Source: a virus
DNA length: 64,000 bases
IMG/VR virus record: IMGVR_UViG_3300021960_009431
Reading direction: 5' to 3' (one strand)
Positions 8,582-18,065 of the stretch are shown in pieces. The position numbers and the translations under genes are program-made. Each line of letters starts with the position of its first letter. Position 1 is the stretch's first letter. The notes beneath the pieces were generated by a model. The model ran no database searches, was not told where the DNA came from, and saw only the letters and a program-made list of their open reading frames with translations.

Positions 8582-9291
8582 CTGTTCAGACCACGTAAAG
8601 GTATGAACTCCTCCTTCCCACACTCTGCACATGTATAGGTAATGTTATGACCAATGTAAGGCATAGTTTTATAAAAGTCAGCTAATTTATTAAATTGTTT
8701 GCTATTTAACTGCTCAACAAATTCCATTAATTCTTCTTTAGTACTATTTTCATGTACATCATCATTGTCAAAAATTATTGAAATATTTTCAGCAAAAAAA
8801 CGTAAAATATTTTCAACGTTACTATCACTAAGTTTTTCCTGGGCTTTGTTTAAACCTGTAATAGTTGGGTATTTCATTACTACACCTACATCATCTGTAA
8901 GCATAATTTTATTATCGTGCTCTTCAGGAAATATAACTTCTACTTCTTCTAAATTTAATTCATATTCAGTAGTATGTTTACATTCACTTTCACCAGGATG
9001 GCGTAAAGAAAGCTTTACAAGATTATTTACTGATCTTGCTCTAATTTGTAAAAACAAATATTCAATATCAAAATTAGGAAGATTAACAATTCTTTTTTCA
9101 TCTAACTTAACACAGCTAGTTAAAATATTAACTACTGCGTTAGTTATTTCTTCTTGATCATTTCCTTCTAATGCCATTAAAAGAAGCTTTTCTTCTTTCA
9201 CAAGGAAAGGTCTAAAATACACTTCTTCTTTTGTAGACGGTATAATCGCTTTAAATTCAGGCACTGCGATTTTTGGTAAAGCCATATTCAC
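8569..9291 (-). CDS. gp26: Baseplate hub assembly chaperone gp26
   Basis: MALPK...FRPFLVKEEKLLLMA, FDIEYLFLQIRARSV, GVVMKYP, C..C..GL.SFF motifs. Confidence 0.9.
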   Translation of the reverse strand: MNMALPKIAVPEFKAIIPSTKEEVYFRPFLVKEEKLLLMALEGNDQEEITNAVVNILTSCVKLDEKRIVNLPNFDIEYLFLQIRARSVNNLVKLSLRHPGESECKHTTEYELNLEEVEVIFPEEHDNKIMLTDDVGVVMKYPTITGLNKAQEKLSDSNVENILRFFAENISIIFDNDDVHENSTKEELMEFVEQLNSKQFNKLADFYKTMPYIGHNITYTCAECGKEEFIPLRGLNSFFM

Positions 9292-9302
9292 TCCATATTA
9301 TA

Positions 9303-10040
9303 TTAAGTAATAGTAAAACCATTAGTATTAAAAGTTGAAATTCCAGTTAATGTTGTAAAGTCAGGAAGTCCTACATCTCCTAAAAAGTCATCAAATATAT
9401 CTGTAACACCAGATATACCTAAACCACTTCTTGCACCTCCACCCTGTGCACCTCTGCCAAGTGAAGGTTCATTCATATCAGTAAAGTACTTGTAAGAAAA
9501 TTGCACATTAAGTTTATGAAACTCTTCACTGTTCCAATTTAGTGGAAGCGAGTTAATAATGATAGGATATGCTTCTCTTAAAGTTATAGCATATGTAGGT
9601 GTACCTTCCTGATTGTATTGAATAATTAAAACATCAGAAATATAATCACTATAATATCCTATACTTTGATGTCTTCTAATATTTTGTTGTCTATTATGAT
9701 TTCCTACAACTATATTTTGCCAAGAAGTAAATAATTTTTTCTCATTTAAATTGGCATCACAAATCATTGAAATATTTACATCTGGGTAAACTACACCATA
9801 CCCTCTCTTTTCAGACAATCCATAACCAGTCGATTTATAATCTGATGACACAATTGATCTACCAGGAAACTCTGCTGAATCGATTCTAAACCTTAAAGGA
9901 TTCAAAGCTGATTTTGCATCATCAGAAAGTAAAGTTTTGCGCGGCAATGATAACCACATTTCAAAATGACTTTGCTTTGATACTTTATTACTATTTTCAC
10001 CTGTAATATTTGATCTGAATGTATTTACATTGAAAGGCAT
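9303..10040 (-). CDS. gp54: Baseplate tail-tube initiator gp54 (gp19-like fold)
   Basis: SAEFPGR, LREAYP.IINSLPLNW, LNVQFSYKY motifs. Confidence 0.7.
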   Translation of the reverse strand: MPFNVNTFRSNITGENSNKVSKQSHFEMWLSLPRKTLLSDDAKSALNPLRFRIDSAEFPGRSIVSSDYKSTGYGLSEKRGYGVVYPDVNISMICDANLNEKKLFTSWQNIVVGNHNRQQNIRRHQSIGYYSDYISDVLIIQYNQEGTPTYAITLREAYPIIINSLPLNWNSEEFHKLNVQFSYKYFTDMNEPSLGRGAQGGGARSGLGISGVTDIFDDFLGDVGLPDFTTLTGISTFNTNGFTIT

Positions 10041-10630
10041 TATACAACCATCTCCATACTTCTGTTATAGACTTGAGAACTGCTTGCTTTTTGAAATCTC
10101 TGCAAGGGCATAAACAATGCCATATCCCATTCTACGGGATCTATTTTTATTCTTCTTGATTTAATATGAGAGTTTAAATAATGTTTTACACAAGGTTTAA
10201 ATAATTTATATCTAGCTGATCTTTTTAATAATTGATAGCTCAGTTTTAATGTTGTAGATTCATCATAACGTTTATCTGTAGTTAAAGAATATAAAGCATC
10301 CATTAACATTGCTCTTTGTCGTAACGGTAGATAATGTAGGTTGAGCCCTAAGAAGCCACGTTCTCTCGGTTCAATTGGGAAAACTAGAGGAAAGGTATCA
10401 TAGTATGGAAGTTTACGTTTAAACTTAGGGTCATATTGAAATAGCATCATAGATCCTATCTCGTAACCTCTAACTACCTTAGATTGATTTTCTCTCATAA
10501 GCTTAGAAGGTGTCACATCTACTTTTTCTGCCTCTTTACGAAACCAACGTCGTGCAGCTTGAGTACGTGCAGGTACATGTCCTGCTCGAACACCTTTAGT
10601 TATTATATTATCAAATACGTAAGATACCAC
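10040..10630 (-). CDS. gp2: DNA end protector gp2
   Basis: YDPK.K.KLPYYDTFPLVFP, GFLGLNLHYLP, PCVKHYL motifs. Confidence 0.92.
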   Translation of the reverse strand: MVSYVFDNIITKGVRAGHVPARTQAARRWFRKEAEKVDVTPSKLMRENQSKVVRGYEIGSMMLFQYDPKFKRKLPYYDTFPLVFPIEPRERGFLGLNLHYLPLRQRAMLMDALYSLTTDKRYDESTTLKLSYQLLKRSARYKLFKPCVKHYLNSHIKSRRIKIDPVEWDMALFMPLQRFQKASSSQVYNRSMEMVV

Positions 10631-10662
10631 TTTATATTCCTATAGTCTTTTAGTTATTTATC

Positions 10663-11103
10663 TTACTTTCGACCAAGTTCATTCTCAGTTATGATTTGAA
10701 ATTTCCATTTACGATCTTTACAAAACTCTTGAGCAGCTTTCCACTTTGCCTCATTAACTAAATAGGTAGTAACTTCATTAAGAAATCTTCTAGTTTTTCT
10801 TTTTGGAATTTTAGGTTCTTGAGTTTGTTTGAAAGGTTTGACTTCAATTAATGTAGTTTGTACACCGTTATTAGTTTTTGCTTTAATAACAAAGTCTACA
10901 AAATATCTATGTATGCGTCTATCAAGAGGTGATCTATATGGTATTACTATCTCTTCTGATCCCCACTCAAGTATATTAGGATTGTTGTCAAAGTAAACCA
11001 TACACTGTCTTTCCCAGGAACTGCGATAAACAATGTTGGTTGGATCGCCTAAATACTTACTAGGAAACTTAGGTTTATATTTACCTTTATAGGTTTTAGT
11101 CAT
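10663..11103 (-). CDS. gp4: Head completion nuclease gp4 (TnsA-like)
   Basis: YKGKYKP..P.KYLGDPTNIVYRSSWE, HRYFVDF, IEVKP, NEAKW motifs. Confidence 0.92.
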   Translation of the reverse strand: MTKTYKGKYKPKFPSKYLGDPTNIVYRSSWERQCMVYFDNNPNILEWGSEEIVIPYRSPLDRRIHRYFVDFVIKAKTNNGVQTTLIEVKPFKQTQEPKIPKRKTRRFLNEVTTYLVNEAKWKAAQEFCKDRKWKFQIITENELGRK

Positions 11104-11114
11104 AGGAATAACAA

Positions 11115-12128
11115 ATGATTGCAGGTATTGATTTATCGGGAATTACGTCTGGTGGTGGTCCACTTATCAAATTAGATTTAGGTGGCGGTGGTACTTACAA
11201 TGTCAGAAAGTTTCCTGATGACATTGCAGATACACCATACTTCATTGTATTTAGGGCTATTAGCACATCGTTTAGTCCAGCTTCTTTTCTTGGTAAAAAT
11301 GTTTTTAAAAAAGCAAAACCAATCGGTAACAGTTTAGGTTTTAATATTGGTAAAGTTGGTATAAATGTAGGTCTGCCTAGTGCATCTAAAGGCTGGGCTT
11401 TACCTATTCCATCTAACTTAGCAACAAGTTATAATGCAAGATATTCAAATGAGTCATTAGGTGCAGTAGGTAATCTAGGACAAAGATTAGGAAGATCAGG
11501 AAGTATGCCTGAGGACTTTAGTGCTGAATCAATTGAACAGTCAGTTAAAGATGCAATTGATGGCGCAGGTCTTTCTGCGGAAGATGCAAAAGGTGTAGCT
11601 GCTAGTACAGGAATACAAGCGGTACAAAGTGGCGCAGCTGCAGCTGGTATTGCAACTAAAATATTAGGTGGAGGTAACATTTCAGCTCTTGGTGCTGCAG
11701 GTGTTACAAGCGCTTTAACTGGTTTACTTCAAGGTGCAGGTATAGCAAGAAACCCTCATCTAGCAACAGTGTTTACTGGTGTTGATTTTAAAACTCATAC
11801 TTTTCAATACAAACTTATTGCAAAAAATAAGAAAGAAAGTGATACTTTAAGAGATATGATTTTCTCTTTTAAGAAAGCTATGGCACCTAAGTATACTTTA
11901 GGCGATCATGTATTTCAGTATCCAGATCAATTTGATATTTCTCTTGCTGCTGGTCAATACTTATTTAAATTTGGTAGATCAGTTTTAACTCAATTTGATG
12001 TAAACTACACCGGTGAAGGTACTCCAGCATTTTTTGAAGAGACAGGCGCACCTTATAGTATAACATTAAATATGTCATTTCAAGAAACAGAAATTGTTAC
12101 TAAACGAGAAATTAATCAGGGTCGATAA
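11115..12128 (+). CDS. gp48: Baseplate tail-tube cap gp48
   Basis: NP...FTGVDFKTHTFQYKL..KN.KES, YPDQFDI, LNMSFQETEI motifs. Confidence 0.8.
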   Translation: MIAGIDLSGITSGGGPLIKLDLGGGGTYNVRKFPDDIADTPYFIVFRAISTSFSPASFLGKNVFKKAKPIGNSLGFNIGKVGINVGLPSASKGWALPIPSNLATSYNARYSNESLGAVGNLGQRLGRSGSMPEDFSAESIEQSVKDAIDGAGLSAEDAKGVAASTGIQAVQSGAAAAGIATKILGGGNISALGAAGVTSALTGLLQGAGIARNPHLATVFTGVDFKTHTFQYKLIAKNKKESDTLRDMIFSFKKAMAPKYTLGDHVFQYPDQFDISLAAGQYLFKFGRSVLTQFDVNYTGEGTPAFFEETGAPYSITLNMSFQETEIVTKREINQGR

Positions 12129-12698
12129 ATGCCATTCTATTTCGAAAATTTTCCAAAAGTATCTTATGATATAGATAAAACTGGTAATAAAATTGACGTA
12201 ACAAATTTATTTGTTAGGTATAAAATAGTAGATGCTTTTAAAAAGCAACCGGCTGTATATTATGACTATAACATAAAAGATGGAGAGCGTCCAGATGTAA
12301 TCGCTGCAAAATATTATGAAGATGCTTCACTAGACTGGATAATTTTACTAGCTAATAATATTATTGATCCACAATTTGAATGGCCATTAGATAGAAAATC
12401 ATTTGAAAATTATGTAAAAAAGAAATATGGAAGTATAGCTACTGCTAAAGAGCAAACACATCACTACGAGCAAATTACTCAACAACAATCAGTGTTATTT
12501 GATGGTACTATTGTGCCAGAAGAATTTCATGAAATAGATTTAACTACATATGACACTCTTGCTGCTGGAGATAAAAGAATTGTTACTTCGTATGAATATG
12601 AAGATAGAGTTAATGAAGCAAAAAGAAATATAAAATTATTAAGTGAAGACTATGTGTTAATGTTACTAACACAGATAAGAGAGAGTCTTGAAGAATGA
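12129..12698 (+). CDS. gp53: Baseplate wedge subunit gp53
   Basis: YFENFP, IKDGERPDVIA..YY...LDWIILLANNIIDP..EWP, YEYE...NEAKRNIKLL motifs. Confidence 0.9.
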   Translation: MPFYFENFPKVSYDIDKTGNKIDVTNLFVRYKIVDAFKKQPAVYYDYNIKDGERPDVIAAKYYEDASLDWIILLANNIIDPQFEWPLDRKSFENYVKKKYGSIATAKEQTHHYEQITQQQSVLFDGTIVPEEFHEIDLTTYDTLAAGDKRIVTSYEYEDRVNEAKRNIKLLSEDYVLMLLTQIRESLEE

Positions 12699-14293
12699 TT
12701 GGTAATGCAGGTACCCCGTATAGCGGTGGTATAGTACCTAATGTAACTATTATTGCGGACAACGGTAGCAAGACTGTTACTAAAGATATTACACCGTTAG
12801 TTTTAGAATTTAATATTAATCAAAGTATATTTGAAAATTCTATGACTTGTGATATTTCTTTACTTGACGCTGCTGGTACAATTTTTGAAGAACTACAAAT
12901 GTCTGGTCAAGAAATCGTTCGGATAAGCTTATCATCAGGGGGTGGTGGGAAAGCTTATGTATTTAGAATTTATAAAATAAATAAGCCGCAACCATTACAG
13001 GAAAGATCTTACGCTCTAACTTTATATGGTGTTAGTCCTTCGTTTGAAAAAAGTATTAACTCTGCTATATTTAATTACTATACTAATTTAACAGGTGATC
13101 AAATTGTAACTGAAGTAATGAATGAACACATTACTGCAGATTCTAAATTAATTGTAGAGCCAGGTGAAAATGTTCTAACTTATACTGCAGCTGGACACTC
13201 TCCGTTTGAATTCATTAATATGGTAGCAAGGGATACTCAATCAGCACAGTATCCAGATTCTTCTTCTTATCTATTTTTTGAAAATGCTGATGGATATAAT
13301 TTTGTTACAGTAAATTCTTTATTAGATAAAGACCCAGTAGCTGAATTTTACTTTGCTGACCCTGAGACTTCTCAAAGCAACGGTAAAAATTATATTGCTG
13401 GTATCACTTGGCATCATACTGCAGATGCTTTGAAAGGCTTACAAAACGGGTTATATGATAATACAGTAGCTGCTATTGATCCAATAACTAAAACATACAG
13501 AGAGTATACATTTAATTATGCTCAAGAAAATGATAAATTAACTCATATTAAAAGAAGTGGGCGACCATTAGTTAAACCCAAAGCTTTCGGTGGTGCATAT
13601 ATGGGTGACGCTCTTACAGGAGAATCTCATGTTAGGTTTATTGAAACTGATTTTAATACAGAAATTGAAAATCAATCCATTGATGATAGAATAAGTGAAA
13701 CAGTAGATCCTCATAAGTTTCATTCTAGAGTTATTCATAATTATTTACCAGCTCAAGTTGCGCAAATGGCCTCGCTACAACAACATCGCATGGATATAAC
13801 AGCTACCTATGTGCCTAGTATTACAGCTGGTGATCTTATTAATATATTCTTACCTAATAACACAGGTTCAGATAGTAGATATGCCCCCTATTTTTCAATG
13901 TATGGTCAACGCAGCCCTACATTTTTAGTTTTAGAAAATATAATAACTTTTGAAGCTCAGAATGGTAATATATATTCTACACTTAAAACAGCTAAGGAGT
14001 CGTTAGGTGAAAGACTTGCTGGTCCAGGGCCTGCAGGGCTAATAGAAAATTTATTAAGCTCATTGTTCGGTCAAGATAAAAACTCTACACCAAATGCATC
14101 TGGTGAAACTAGAACAGAAAATCAAACTCAAACATATGAAGAAGCAGGTGAGTCTGTTGAGGGGCAGTTATTGACTGATGAAGACGGTAATAAAGGATTA
14201 TCTTATTCTACATTAACGCCTTTAGAAAAACAATATGCATTAGAAAAAGAGTATGCTGATGCTGATACTTACCCAGATGATACATTCGAATAG
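12695..14293 (+). CDS. Putative baseplate hub protein (gp27-like)
   Basis: Position between gp53 and gp5; YLFFENADGYNF..VNSL motif. Confidence 0.55.
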   Translation: MIGNAGTPYSGGIVPNVTIIADNGSKTVTKDITPLVLEFNINQSIFENSMTCDISLLDAAGTIFEELQMSGQEIVRISLSSGGGGKAYVFRIYKINKPQPLQERSYALTLYGVSPSFEKSINSAIFNYYTNLTGDQIVTEVMNEHITADSKLIVEPGENVLTYTAAGHSPFEFINMVARDTQSAQYPDSSSYLFFENADGYNFVTVNSLLDKDPVAEFYFADPETSQSNGKNYIAGITWHHTADALKGLQNGLYDNTVAAIDPITKTYREYTFNYAQENDKLTHIKRSGRPLVKPKAFGGAYMGDALTGESHVRFIETDFNTEIENQSIDDRISETVDPHKFHSRVIHNYLPAQVAQMASLQQHRMDITATYVPSITAGDLINIFLPNNTGSDSRYAPYFSMYGQRSPTFLVLENIITFEAQNGNIYSTLKTAKESLGERLAGPGPAGLIENLLSSLFGQDKNSTPNASGETRTENQTQTYEEAGESVEGQLLTDEDGNKGLSYSTLTPLEKQYALEKEYADADTYPDDTFE

Positions 14294-14300
14294 GTGATAA

Positions 14301-15308
14301 ATGGATTTCTCAAAAGATTTTTTAGGTTATAATTTTATATGGTTTATCGGAGAAGTAGAGGACAGAAATGATCCACTTAGACTTGGTCGTGTAAAGGTAA
14401 GATGTTTTGGTTGGCATTCTACAGATAAAGAATTACAACCTACTAAAAACCTTCCGTGGGCAAGTACAATTCAACCTGTAACAACTCCAGCAAATAGTGC
14501 GTCTGGTTTAACTAAAGGAGTATGGGTATTTGGTTTCTTTTTAGATGGAGATCGAGCACAAAAACCTATGATTATGGGTCATATACCTGGTTATAGATTT
14601 GGATCACCTGGTGAATCAGAATTATCAAGAGCAGCTAGAAATGAAGCTGAATATCTCCCGCCCGGTGATGTATTAAGAGACGGTACTATACTAGAAGAAG
14701 TAATAGTTGACCCTAACGAAGAACAACCAGATGATCCAAAGACTGGTCAAGTAAATAAATGGTCAGAACCAGCTAGACCTACTGATGCTGTTTATCCTAC
14801 TGCTACTGTTAATGCACATGAATCAGGAACTTATACGCAAATTGCTGGGTCAGGTAGATATACTATTCAAACCAATAACGGTAGTTATATTGAAATTGAT
14901 GCAGGTGGTAACGGTAAATGGAAAGTTATTACAGATAATTATGAAATTGTAGGTGGTAGTAAATATGTAGATGTTAGCGGTACAGTTAATATGCATGTTA
15001 AAGGCAATGTGGTAAATAATATTGAAGGTAATTTAGTTGAAAATATTACTGGAAATGTTATTAGAAATATTACAGGTACTTTAACTGAAACTGTTACTGA
15101 AGATGTGACCTACATTAATGAAGCAAAAAGAACTGAACAAATAACAGGTGATGTTAGTATTATAAACGAAGCAAAAAGAACTGAGCAGGTGACTGGTGCA
15201 ATGAAAGAGACATTTGGTGCTGGATTATCTACTAATGTAACTGGTGCATCAACATCATCATCTAGTGGTGCTGTTAAGATCACTGGTTCAACTATTGATT
15301 TGAATTGA
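14301..15308 (+). CDS. gp5: Baseplate hub/central spike gp5 (OB fold plus beta-helix, no lysozyme domain)
   Basis: WFIGEVEDRNDP.RLGRVKVRCFGWH, GVWVFGFFLDG, HESG motifs; VxG beta-helix repeats; GSTIDLN end. Confidence 0.9.
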   Translation: MDFSKDFLGYNFIWFIGEVEDRNDPLRLGRVKVRCFGWHSTDKELQPTKNLPWASTIQPVTTPANSASGLTKGVWVFGFFLDGDRAQKPMIMGHIPGYRFGSPGESELSRAARNEAEYLPPGDVLRDGTILEEVIVDPNEEQPDDPKTGQVNKWSEPARPTDAVYPTATVNAHESGTYTQIAGSGRYTIQTNNGSYIEIDAGGNGKWKVITDNYEIVGGSKYVDVSGTVNMHVKGNVVNNIEGNLVENITGNVIRNITGTLTETVTEDVTYINEAKRTEQITGDVSIINEAKRTEQVTGAMKETFGAGLSTNVTGASTSSSSGAVKITGSTIDLN

Positions 15309-15316
15309 GGTAAAAC

Positions 15317-15607
15317 ATGCCAGCTATAACAAGAGTGGGTGATGCACACGTAGGCCATGCCAGTCCAACACCAAGCCCGTTTCATAAAGGGGCATACAGT
15401 GCAGGATCAGGTAACGTGAAAGTAAACGGTAAAGCAGTAGTACGTGTTGGTGACCCTGTATCCTGTGGAGATGCAGCAGCTGCAGGTAGTGGGACTGTTA
15501 AAGTAAATGGAATACCTGTTCATAGAGTCGGAGACGCTACTACAGGTCATGGAAGCTGGGTACCAAATGCATCTGCTGCTGGTTCCTCTAACGTAAACGC
15601 AGGATAA
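15317..15607 (+). CDS. PAAR spike-tip protein (gp5.4)
   Basis: Repeated RVGD / VKVNG.PV.RVGD units; follows gp5. Confidence 0.9.
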   Translation: MPAITRVGDAHVGHASPTPSPFHKGAYSAGSGNVKVNGKAVVRVGDPVSCGDAAAAGSGTVKVNGIPVHRVGDATTGHGSWVPNASAAGSSNVNAG

Positions 15608-15611
15608 TTAT

Positions 15612-15785
15612 ATGACACATGAAATGATCGTCTCATTATTTGAGACTTATATAAAAGAAAATGAAAAATTTGAAGTTGGTAACAAAGCAGCGGGTACAAG
15701 AGCAAGAAAAGCTTTATCTGAAATAGGTAAACTAGCAAAAAGTAGACGTCAAGAGATCCAAGTTGTAAAAAATAATGATAAATAG
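15612..15785 (+). CDS. Histone H1-like Hc1-family small basic protein (57 aa, not in ORF track)
   Basis: MTHEMIVSLFETYIKENEKFEVGNKAAGTRARKALSEIGKLAKSRRQEIQVVKNNDK*; GNKAAGTRARK signature; AGGA upstream. Confidence 0.8.
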   Translation: MTHEMIVSLFETYIKENEKFEVGNKAAGTRARKALSEIGKLAKSRRQEIQVVKNNDK

Positions 15786-15804
15786 ATAAAAGATAGAGGC
15801 TTAC

Positions 15805-16212
15805 ATGTCTGCAGCAAACCCGCTAACTAATGAAGTAAGATTCAGCGATTTAAGTATTGCGTTTACACCTCACCCGGTGACAGGTCGACCTGTGGTCAAA
15901 AAAAATGCTCAAGCAGTTATTAGCGCATTAAAGAATCTTATCTTAACTAATCAATTTGAACGGCCATACGAGCCAGGTTTTGGCTCTAATATTAGAAACA
16001 GATTATTTGAAAATTTTGATCCTGTAGAAGCGATTAACTTAGAAGAAGATATACGACTTGCAATAGAAAATTTTGAGCCTAGAGTTGAAATAAATGAAAT
16101 AAAAGTTATAAGCAGTCCTGATACTAATACTGTTTCTGTGAATATTAGTTTCTTTGTTGTTAATCAGGCTGATCCAGAAGAACTACAATTAGACATAGAG
16201 AGAGTCCGGTAA
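15805..16212 (+). CDS. gp25: Baseplate wedge subunit gp25
   Basis: FSDL...F..HP, NLILTN.FERPY.PGFGS, IENFEPRV motifs. Confidence 0.92.
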   Translation: MSAANPLTNEVRFSDLSIAFTPHPVTGRPVVKKNAQAVISALKNLILTNQFERPYEPGFGSNIRNRLFENFDPVEAINLEEDIRLAIENFEPRVEINEIKVISSPDTNTVSVNISFFVVNQADPEELQLDIERVR

Positions 16213-18065
16213 TGCCTGCTAATAACGCGCTGTTACTTTCAGATATAAATTTTGATGATATTAAGAGCAATCTTAAAACATTTTTATCTAATCAAACTGA
16301 ACTAGGAGATTATGATTATGAATCTTCTACTATGCAGACACTTATAAATCTGCTATCATATAACACGTATATGAACTCATACTATCTTAATATGGTAGGC
16401 AATGAGATGTTTCTTGATTCTGCACAAATCCGCAGTAATATTGTATCGCGCGCAAAAATGTTGAACTATACACCGCGATCAGCTCAAGGTCCTACAGCTA
16501 CTGTACAAGTAGTAATAACACCTACCGATACACCAGATTTTATTACTTTAAGTAAAGATATTAAATTTAAAACAACTATAGATGGTTCTCAATACATTTT
16601 TGTTGCTACTGATACAAAAACTATAAATGCTGATTCAGGTGTATATTCAACTAATATTAATATAGTAGAGGGTCGGCCTTTTACATTTCGATATACTGTA
16701 AACAATGCTGAACTTACTCGTTATGTTATACCAGCGGATAATGTAGATACAAGAAGTATTGTTGTTAAAGTACAAACTTCTTCTGCAGATTCTACTGTTA
16801 CTACATTTAATAACGCAGACAGTTTAACAACAGTGTCTGGAACCACAGACGCATACTTTTTAAAAGAAAACGAAGACGGTCGTTATGAGCTAGAATTTGG
16901 TGATGGTGTTTTAGGTTCTGCATTAGATGACGGTAATGTAGTGATAATTGATTATAGAATATGTAATGGATCTGGTGCTCAAGGAGCAAATAATTTTACA
17001 TCAGTTGATAATATTGATGGATACAGTAATATTACTGTCAACCATGTATCGAGAGCACAAGGTGGTGGTGATAAAGAAACATTACAGTCTATCAAATTTA
17101 ATGCACCAAAAAATTATGAAGCTCAAAACAGAGCTGTGACTCGTAAAGACTATGAAACATTAGTAAAGAATCAATTTGCAGATATTCAAACTGTATCAGT
17201 ATGGGGAGGTGAAGACAATACTCCACCTATTTACGGTAGAGTCTATGTTTCTGTAAAGCCGCTTTTAGGTACACTATTAGCTGAAGACAGAAAATCAACT
17301 ATAGCAGATTATTTGAAAGAAAAAAATGTACTAACTATTGAGCCTATTATAGTAGATCCAACTTATCTTTATGTTAAACCTGCAATATTGGTAAAGTATA
17401 ATCCTGATTTAACTTCAGATAATGCAGGCGCAATTACTACCTTAATTCAAAATGCAGTAATTCATTATGAAACTAATAAATTAGGGTTATTTGGTCAAAA
17501 TTATATTAATTCTCAATTAGTAAAAGATATCTATGACACTAATACGTCAATAACATCAATTGAGATAGATGTAAAAATAGAGAAAAAATTTAAGCCTAAT
17601 ACAGCAGTAAGAACTACCTATCAAATACCTTTTAGCAACGCTCTTTATAATCCACACTCTGGTCACAAATACGCTATCAGTTCTACTAAATTTACATATG
17701 AAGGTAGTGCTAATAGTTATTTTGATGATGACGGTAATGGAAATTTAAGAATATACACTCTTACTGAGGCAGGAGCGCGCTCTTATTCTAATAATACTGC
17801 AGGTTCAATTAACTATTTGACAGGACTTGTAACCATTAATGATATAATAATTACAGCTTTTGATGGTGATGGTGTTATTATTACAGCTGATCCAGACAGA
17901 GATGATGTTGATGGAATAAGAAACCAACTATTATTAATAAAAGATGCAACAATTAGTTTATATGATGCTAAGCTGCAACAGACAGTATCAACCATATCTT
18001 CAATTAATACTGAGGGTACCACAACAACAATACCTGAAACTGGTGTTATAACAACGGTATACTAA
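16212..18065 (+). CDS. gp6: Baseplate wedge subunit gp6
   Basis: FDDIKSNLKTFL, EMFLDSA, FGDGVLG, QNRAVT..DY, VWGGE motifs. Confidence 0.93.
   Translation: MPANNALLLSDINFDDIKSNLKTFLSNQTELGDYDYESSTMQTLINLLSYNTYMNSYYLNMVGNEMFLDSAQIRSNIVSRAKMLNYTPRSAQGPTATVQVVITPTDTPDFITLSKDIKFKTTIDGSQYIFVATDTKTINADSGVYSTNINIVEGRPFTFRYTVNNAELTRYVIPADNVDTRSIVVKVQTSSADSTVTTFNNADSLTTVSGTTDAYFLKENEDGRYELEFGDGVLGSALDDGNVVIIDYRICNGSGAQGANNFTSVDNIDGYSNITVNHVSRAQGGGDKETLQSIKFNAPKNYEAQNRAVTRKDYETLVKNQFADIQTVSVWGGEDNTPPIYGRVYVSVKPLLGTLLAEDRKSTIADYLKEKNVLTIEPIIVDPTYLYVKPAILVKYNPDLTSDNAGAITTLIQNAVIHYETNKLGLFGQNYINSQLVKDIYDTNTSITSIEIDVKIEKKFKPNTAVRTTYQIPFSNALYNPHSGHKYAISSTKFTYEGSANSYFDDDGNGNLRIYTLTEAGARSYSNNTAGSINYLTGLVTINDIIITAFDGDGVIITADPDRDDVDGIRNQLLLIKDATISLYDAKLQQTVSTISSINTEGTTTTIPETGVITTVY

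Noticed and set aside
6986-9157. Plus-strand ORFs opposite the tape-measure and gp26 genes, and similar antisense ORFs across the structural module
   Set aside because: Shadow ORFs of strongly biased coding strands; no recognisable motifs
15110-15195. 48-nt tandem duplication (INEAKRTEQ x2) in gp5
   Set aside because: Ordinary beta-helix repeat expansion
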